Assembly: GCA_023229115.1 (NCBI GenBank)
Contig: JALNZW010000003.1
Coordinates: forward strand, 1,664-65,663
DNA from: Patescibacteria group bacterium
GTDB lineage: Bacteria > Patescibacteriota > Patescibacteriia > Patescibacteriales > UBA12465
DNA: 64,000 nt
Reading direction: 5' to 3'
Numbering within the stretch: the stretch's first letter is position 1; every line of letters begins with the position of its first letter. The translations under genes and the position numbers were made by a program. Of this stretch, positions 59,167 to 64,000 are shown piece by piece. Under the pieces are notes generated by a model. The model saw only the letters and a list, made by a program, of their open reading frames with translations, had not been told where the DNA came from and made no database searches.

Positions 59167-60669
59167 ATGAAAAAAGAGTCAATAAAAAAAGAAAATTTAG
59201 ATATAGAAACAATTGAACCACTGGAAAAAAATATTGCAGAGAAGTTTAGTGTTGTCGAAAAAGCAAAAATGGTAATAAAGGAAACCAAAGAAAAAATAAA
59301 CAAACAAAAAGAAGAAAATAAAAATTCTTATGAAAAATTACAAAGTGATTTAAAAAATTTTTTAGTTGCCATAGAAGGAACAAAAGATGTCTATAAAAAA
59401 GATAAATATGATTTATCAGATAACCAAGAGGCTAATCTTGTAATAGAAGAAATAGGTAGTATCCAAGAAGAAATAAAACTATTAGTCAGTGAATTAGAAA
59501 CAAAAATAAATAATTTAGAAAAAGGAATAAACCAGCATCCTAGTCCAGAAAATATAAAGTCAAGATTAGAGATTAGAGATTCAAGTCAAGAAGAGCAAGA
59601 AAGATTTGCCGAAAGAATACCTAGTCACCAAAAAGAAGCTCTTAGAATTTGTTCTAAGATTTTTAATAAGTGCCAATATCCTTGGTATTTAACTGGATCA
59701 ATCGCCTTTTTAATAAACGCTACTGAAAGCAAAAAACAACCAGATGACATTGATATCATTTTTCATGAAAAAGATTTTGAAAAAATGTCACAAGAATTTA
59801 AATCTCTGGGATTTGAGACCGGAATAGCCGCTACCACTGGCTGTCCCTTTATAAAAGGAAAGATTAAAATAGAAAACGAAAAAGGAGAAAGTAAAGAAAT
59901 CGATGTTGAAGCTTTTGGACAAAAAACAGAAGAACCAAATGGTTTAATAAATCCAGGAGCCAAAGATACTAAATGTCAAATAATTAAAAATAAAACATCT
60001 GAAAACGATCAAGAAAATTTTAATATTTTAGACAAATCTGGACAAGTAGAATTATACTTCAAAAGTTTAATCAACGAGATCAAAGGTTTTAACTTTGAAT
60101 CTTTTTTAAACGAAAAAGATGATCAAAAAAGCGAAAATAAATCTAAAAAATTTATTAATAGAATAGCTAATCTCTTTGAATTAAGTGGAAATAATAAATT
60201 GGAAATAATCAGAAAAACAAGAGAGCTTTGCCAAAACAAAGAAGAATTATTGCTACTAAGAAATTTTATTGATATTAGTAAAAAATTTAAAGAAGAAAAA
60301 CATAACGGAAAAGGATTAGAAAATGTTTATAACGATGGACACTTGCAAATAGCTGTAGAGAATCTAAAAAAAGAAATCGGTCGCGAACAAGAATTACTTA
60401 AAAATAGTTATCTGGAAATATCAAACAAAATGAAGGACCTTAGCAATATGAATAAGGAGGAAAAAATAGAATTAATAAACAAAATTGATCAAGAAATTTA
60501 TTCCAAAAAAGACATGATTGATAATTTTTTGAAAAGTCACAAAGAAATAAATAATGAAAATGAGGGAAATAAAGATTTACCAATTTATATTTTTATAAGC
60601 AAATTTAAAGAAAACTTTATAAACCCTTTTTGTGAAAAAATGGCTAACTTTAAAAAAGAATTAATTTAA
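59167..60669 (+). CDS. Coiled-coil protein with central pol-beta-type nucleotidyltransferase domain
   Basis: WYLTGSIAF..PDDIDIIF..IDVE matches hG[GS]x9-13DhD + third acidic residue. Confidence 0.65.
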   Translation: MKKESIKKENLDIETIEPLEKNIAEKFSVVEKAKMVIKETKEKINKQKEENKNSYEKLQSDLKNFLVAIEGTKDVYKKDKYDLSDNQEANLVIEEIGSIQEEIKLLVSELETKINNLEKGINQHPSPENIKSRLEIRDSSQEEQERFAERIPSHQKEALRICSKIFNKCQYPWYLTGSIAFLINATESKKQPDDIDIIFHEKDFEKMSQEFKSLGFETGIAATTGCPFIKGKIKIENEKGESKEIDVEAFGQKTEEPNGLINPGAKDTKCQIIKNKTSENDQENFNILDKSGQVELYFKSLINEIKGFNFESFLNEKDDQKSENKSKKFINRIANLFELSGNNKLEIIRKTRELCQNKEELLLLRNFIDISKKFKEEKHNGKGLENVYNDGHLQIAVENLKKEIGREQELLKNSYLEISNKMKDLSNMNKEEKIELINKIDQEIYSKKDMIDNFLKSHKEINNENEGNKDLPIYIFISKFKENFINPFCEKMANFKKELI

Positions 60670-60673
60670 AAAT

Positions 60674-60862
60674 ATGGAGGAATTAAAAATGGAAAAACTT
60701 TTTTCACCGGAGGAGATAAACGAATTAAACAAAAAAACAGATCCAAAGGATCTGGAAGAATTTTTTTTCGAAATCTTTGTTAAAAAAGGAGATAATCAAG
60801 AAAAAGCTAGAAAAATGGCTCAAGAATGGGCGCAAGAAATTACTAGCAATAAGATTGATTAA
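60674..60862 (+). CDS. Small hypothetical protein
   Basis: 62-aa ORF 4 bp after previous gene. Confidence 0.55.
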   Translation: MEELKMEKLFSPEEINELNKKTDPKDLEEFFFEIFVKKGDNQEKARKMAQEWAQEITSNKID

Positions 60863-61938
60863 TTCTCAAAAAAAGACTCAACAATGGCAATCATTCTTTG
60901 GTTGCCATTTTTTATTACCTCAGAAACGTTATTAGACAATTTCTCTCTTAAATAATTATTGGATAAAACCTCCTTTATTTCCTTAACCAATAAAGTAGGG
61001 CTTAGGTTTTTTTCCTCTAAAATTATAGCTGCTTCTTTGTTTTTAAATTCCCAAGCGTTATATTCTTGATGAGAATCAGGCATAGGAATAAGTATTGAAG
61101 GTTTTTTTAAAAAAGAAATTTCAGTTAAAGTAGCCAAGCCACACCTAGAAACAAGTAAGTCGGAAATATACATTAATTCGATTAAATCTTTATGCTTTAA
61201 GAATTCAAATCTCAAATAATTATCTACATTCTCTTCTATTTCGAAACCCCTATCGCTCCTGCCACTAATGTGAACAATATTAGTTAACAAGGACAATTCT
61301 TTCAAGGACAATTTTAATAAATTATTAATAAAATATGAACCAGTACCGCCACCAAGAACTAACAATAAAGGTAAGTCATCCTTTAAATGATATTTTTTAA
61401 AAATATCATTTTTGGTAATTCCCAACAAACCTAAATCAGCCGCTATATTCCCTATTAATCTCCCTTTTTTACCATAAGATTTTAAAGATTTTTCAAAAGT
61501 GACAGTAACTATTTTAGAAAATGGAGCCATTAACTTGTTTGCTAAGCCAGGAACAACATCTTGTTGATGTATCAAAACTGGAATCTTTAAAAACCAGGAA
61601 GCAAAAACCAAAGGGACAGACACAAAACCACCAGCACTAATAATTAATCCGGGTCTTTCCTTGATAAGTAAAAATAAAGATTGCCAAAAAGCTATAAAAA
61701 TTTTAAACAAATCAATAAAATTATAAACTGAAAAATAACGTCTTAATTTTCCGCTAAAAATTGCTTTATACTTCATACCTTCTGATAAAACTATATTTTT
61801 TTCTACTCCTCTATAAGTGCCAACAAACAAAAAATCAAAATTGTTTTTCAATTCCTCTCTTATAAAAATCAAAGGAATAACAGAGCCCCCAGTACCACCA
61901 CCACTTAAAATTATTTTTTTATTTTTATTGTTTTTCAT
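60859..61938 (-). CDS. murG: Undecaprenyl-PP-MurNAc-pentapeptide GlcNAc transferase
   Basis: SGGGTGG, GGFVSVP, HQQD..PGLAN, GGGTG, HQEYNA; start taken at MKNNKNKK. Confidence 0.93.
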   Translation of the reverse strand: MKNNKNKKIILSGGGTGGSVIPLIFIREELKNNFDFLFVGTYRGVEKNIVLSEGMKYKAIFSGKLRRYFSVYNFIDLFKIFIAFWQSLFLLIKERPGLIISAGGFVSVPLVFASWFLKIPVLIHQQDVVPGLANKLMAPFSKIVTVTFEKSLKSYGKKGRLIGNIAADLGLLGITKNDIFKKYHLKDDLPLLLVLGGGTGSYFINNLLKLSLKELSLLTNIVHISGRSDRGFEIEENVDNYLRFEFLKHKDLIELMYISDLLVSRCGLATLTEISFLKKPSILIPMPDSHQEYNAWEFKNKEAAIILEEKNLSPTLLVKEIKEVLSNNYLREKLSNNVSEVIKNGNQRMIAIVESFFEN

Positions 61939-63088
61939 AAAAATTATTTTTTTCATCAACAACTTGACGACTAATATTTAACAAAATTCCAAAAGCAGCC
62001 AACAAGACAGACAGAGATGTTCCACCAGCACTAATAAAAGGCAAAGGAACTCCAGTCATTGGAACTAAATTCATCATTCCAGCTATATTCAAGAAAGCTT
62101 GAAAAAAAATCCAAACAGATATTCCAACCGCTAAAGATTGACCAAAAAGGTCGGGCGCTCGACTAGCAATTTTCATTCCCCTAATAAATATAAAAAGGTA
62201 AATTAAAATTAAAATTAAAGAACCAATAAAACCGATTTCTTCAGCAATTATAGGAAAAATAGAATCAGCCCAAACCTCTGGCAAATAATTAAATTTTTGC
62301 CTACTTTCACCCAGGCCCCTTCCCCATAAGCCGCCGGAACCAACAGCGATTAGAGATTGATTAACTTGATAACAAATATCCCTATCAAAATCAGGATTTT
62401 GTAAGCACTTTATTCTGTTAATTTGATATTCTTTTATTAAGCCCTTATCGCCCTCGGAATTCATGGAATTAAAAATAAATAAAATTCCAATAATCATTAT
62501 TAAAAATAAAACAAACAAATGACTAAGATTGCCACCGGCCACCAAATAAACCATCAAAGAAACAAAAAAAATAATTAAAAAAGTACCCAAATCTGGTTGC
62601 TTTAAAATTAATACTCCAATAGTTGTCAAAACGACTAAAAAAGGAAAAATGCCTGTGGAAAATTTTTTCAAATCATCTTTCTTGGATTCCAACCAAGCTG
62701 CTAAATAAAACAGAAAAAACAATTTAACAAATTCCGAAACCTGAAACGATTTACCAAAAACAACTATCCAGCTACGAGACGTGCCATATTCATTACCCAG
62801 ACCAGGGACAAAAACTAAAATCAAAAGAGCCACAGATAAAATAAGAAAAAGAAAAGAATATTTTTTAAAAAAATGATAATCTATTTTAAAAAATAAAAAA
62901 AATAAAAAAAGACCAAAAATTAAACCAAAAATCTGGCCCCTAACATAATGATAAGGCTCTCCAAAATTAGACTGAGAGACAGCCAAAGAAGCACTAAAAA
63001 GCATGACTAAGCCAAAAACAATCAACAAAGGAACAATAAAAGACAAATATTTATCAACCGAAGCAATTTTTTTATTTTTCAATATCAT
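61925..63088 (-). CDS. ftsW: SEDS family peptidoglycan glycosyltransferase FtsW
   Basis: SRSWI..FQVSEFVK, QPDLG, YLPE..ADSIF, GVPLPFISAGG. Confidence 0.92.
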   Translation of the reverse strand: MILKNKKIASVDKYLSFIVPLLIVFGLVMLFSASLAVSQSNFGEPYHYVRGQIFGLIFGLFLFFLFFKIDYHFFKKYSFLFLILSVALLILVFVPGLGNEYGTSRSWIVVFGKSFQVSEFVKLFFLFYLAAWLESKKDDLKKFSTGIFPFLVVLTTIGVLILKQPDLGTFLIIFFVSLMVYLVAGGNLSHLFVLFLIMIIGILFIFNSMNSEGDKGLIKEYQINRIKCLQNPDFDRDICYQVNQSLIAVGSGGLWGRGLGESRQKFNYLPEVWADSIFPIIAEEIGFIGSLILILIYLFIFIRGMKIASRAPDLFGQSLAVGISVWIFFQAFLNIAGMMNLVPMTGVPLPFISAGGTSLSVLLAAFGILLNISRQVVDEKNNFYEKQ

Positions 63089-63093
63089 AAAAC

Positions 63094-64000
63094 TTAAAAA
63101 GAGAAGCTTTTATCAAGTAAAAAAATCATCAAACCAATGGCAGCGGCTACAGCCGAAATAAGCCAAAACCTCATAACTATTTTGGCCTCGGTCCAACCAC
63201 AGGCCTGAAAATGATGATGTATCGGAGCTGATAATAAAACTTTTTTATTCCTAATCTTTTTAGAAAGAATTTGAATTATAACTGATAAAGATTCAAGTAA
63301 AAAAATAAAACCAATAAAGGGCAAAAGAAGAACATTATTGGTCAATAAAGCAATTATACCCAAGGTAACACCTAAGCTCATAGAGCCCGTATCACCCATA
63401 TAGAATCTAGCTGGAGGAATATTAAACCACAAAAATGCCAAAAGAGCTCCAACTATAACGGCACAAAAAGTAGCTAGATCATATCTGCCCATAGCAAAGG
63501 ATATAATTCCATAAGAAGCATAGGAAATTAAAAGAGTTCCACCCGCCAAACCGTCCAAACCATCAGTTTCATTAACTGAAAAAGACGTAGCTACTATTAT
63601 AAAAATAAAAACAGGAACATACCACCAAGCAATTTGAAAATAACCCAAGAAAGGAACGTGTATTAATGTCCAGTCTAACTTAAAATAAAACCACAAAGCA
63701 CCAATAACAGCAATTAAAGTATAAATCAATAAACGATGTTTCATTCTCAAACCACCACCGCCGAAAACGCCTTTACCAGAAACATCTAGCCAGTCATCCA
63801 GCAAACCAATAAGAGCCGAGGCCATTAAAGCGCCTAGGGGAAGTAAGGTTTCTTTTTGTGATAAAAAATTAAGGTGAGCAATAATGCTATCTGGAAAAAT
63901 CAAACTTAAGTAATAAAAAACAAGAATAAGAAAAAAAAGTGTACCCCAAATTAATATACCGCCCATAGTTGGTGTTCCAGATTTATGAGCGTGGAGTTCA
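63094..64000 (-). CDS. mraY: Phospho-N-acetylmuramoyl-pentapeptide transferase (5' end off window)
   Basis: KSGTPTMGG, GLLDD, NETDGLDGL, YMGDTGS, APIHHHF. Confidence 0.95.
   Translation of the reverse strand, partial: ELHAHKSGTPTMGGILIWGTLFFLILVFYYLSLIFPDSIIAHLNFLSQKETLLPLGALMASALIGLLDDWLDVSGKGVFGGGGLRMKHRLLIYTLIAVIGALWFYFKLDWTLIHVPFLGYFQIAWWYVPVFIFIIVATSFSVNETDGLDGLAGGTLLISYASYGIISFAMGRYDLATFCAVIVGALLAFLWFNIPPARFYMGDTGSMSLGVTLGIIALLTNNVLLLPFIGFIFLLESLSVIIQILSKKIRNKKVLLSAPIHHHFQACGWTEAKIVMRFWLISAVAAAIGLMIFLLDKSFSF

Noticed and set aside
1620-59963. Many short ORF-track entries antisense to or overlapping long genes (e.g. 1620-1898, 19598-20182, 33678-33989, 41613-41825, 59763-59963)
   Set aside because: Shadow frames of well-supported genes; no motifs of their own
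1-64000. CRISPR array, rRNA, integrase/transposase, reverse transcriptase, self-splicing introns
   Set aside because: No regularly spaced repeats, rRNA-like tracts or matching protein motifs seen

Overview
Very AT-rich bacterial chromosome segment with almost all genes on the minus strand. Gene content points to a Patescibacteria/CPR genome (inference: no rpmD/L30 between rpsE and rplO, short AlaRS, many prepilin-like genes, almost no Shine-Dalgarno motifs). Right two-thirds is core: rpoD-dnaG, scpAB, recO, yqgF, map, secY, spc/S10 ribosomal operons, tuf, fusA, rpsG/rpsL, alaS, murB/murC/murG, ftsW, mraY. Pilin-LamG and pilin-FISUMP genes interrupt the str cluster. Left third is accessory and lies downstream of tRNA-Asn(GTT) (21363-21437). 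In order it holds: a SAM-I riboswitch with a complete terminator/antiterminator controlling an unknown 98-aa Cys-rich protein; a defence island (deletion-fused helicase remnants, Sau3AI-like R-M, ABC three-component/Lamassu-type system plus a HEPN-like gene); and an envelope gene block. Degenerate tRNA-Asn-3'-derived repeats at ~12404-12451 and ~6859-6910 bound these modules. Best leads: the SAM riboswitch-Zn-finger unit at the head of the defence island, the tRNA-derived repeat/minihelix architecture, a GATC site inside the methyltransferase -35 box, Lamassu+HEPN, a structured tuf leader, and constant-N-terminus/variable-tip pilins. All assignments are from motif reading by eye; no database searches were run.
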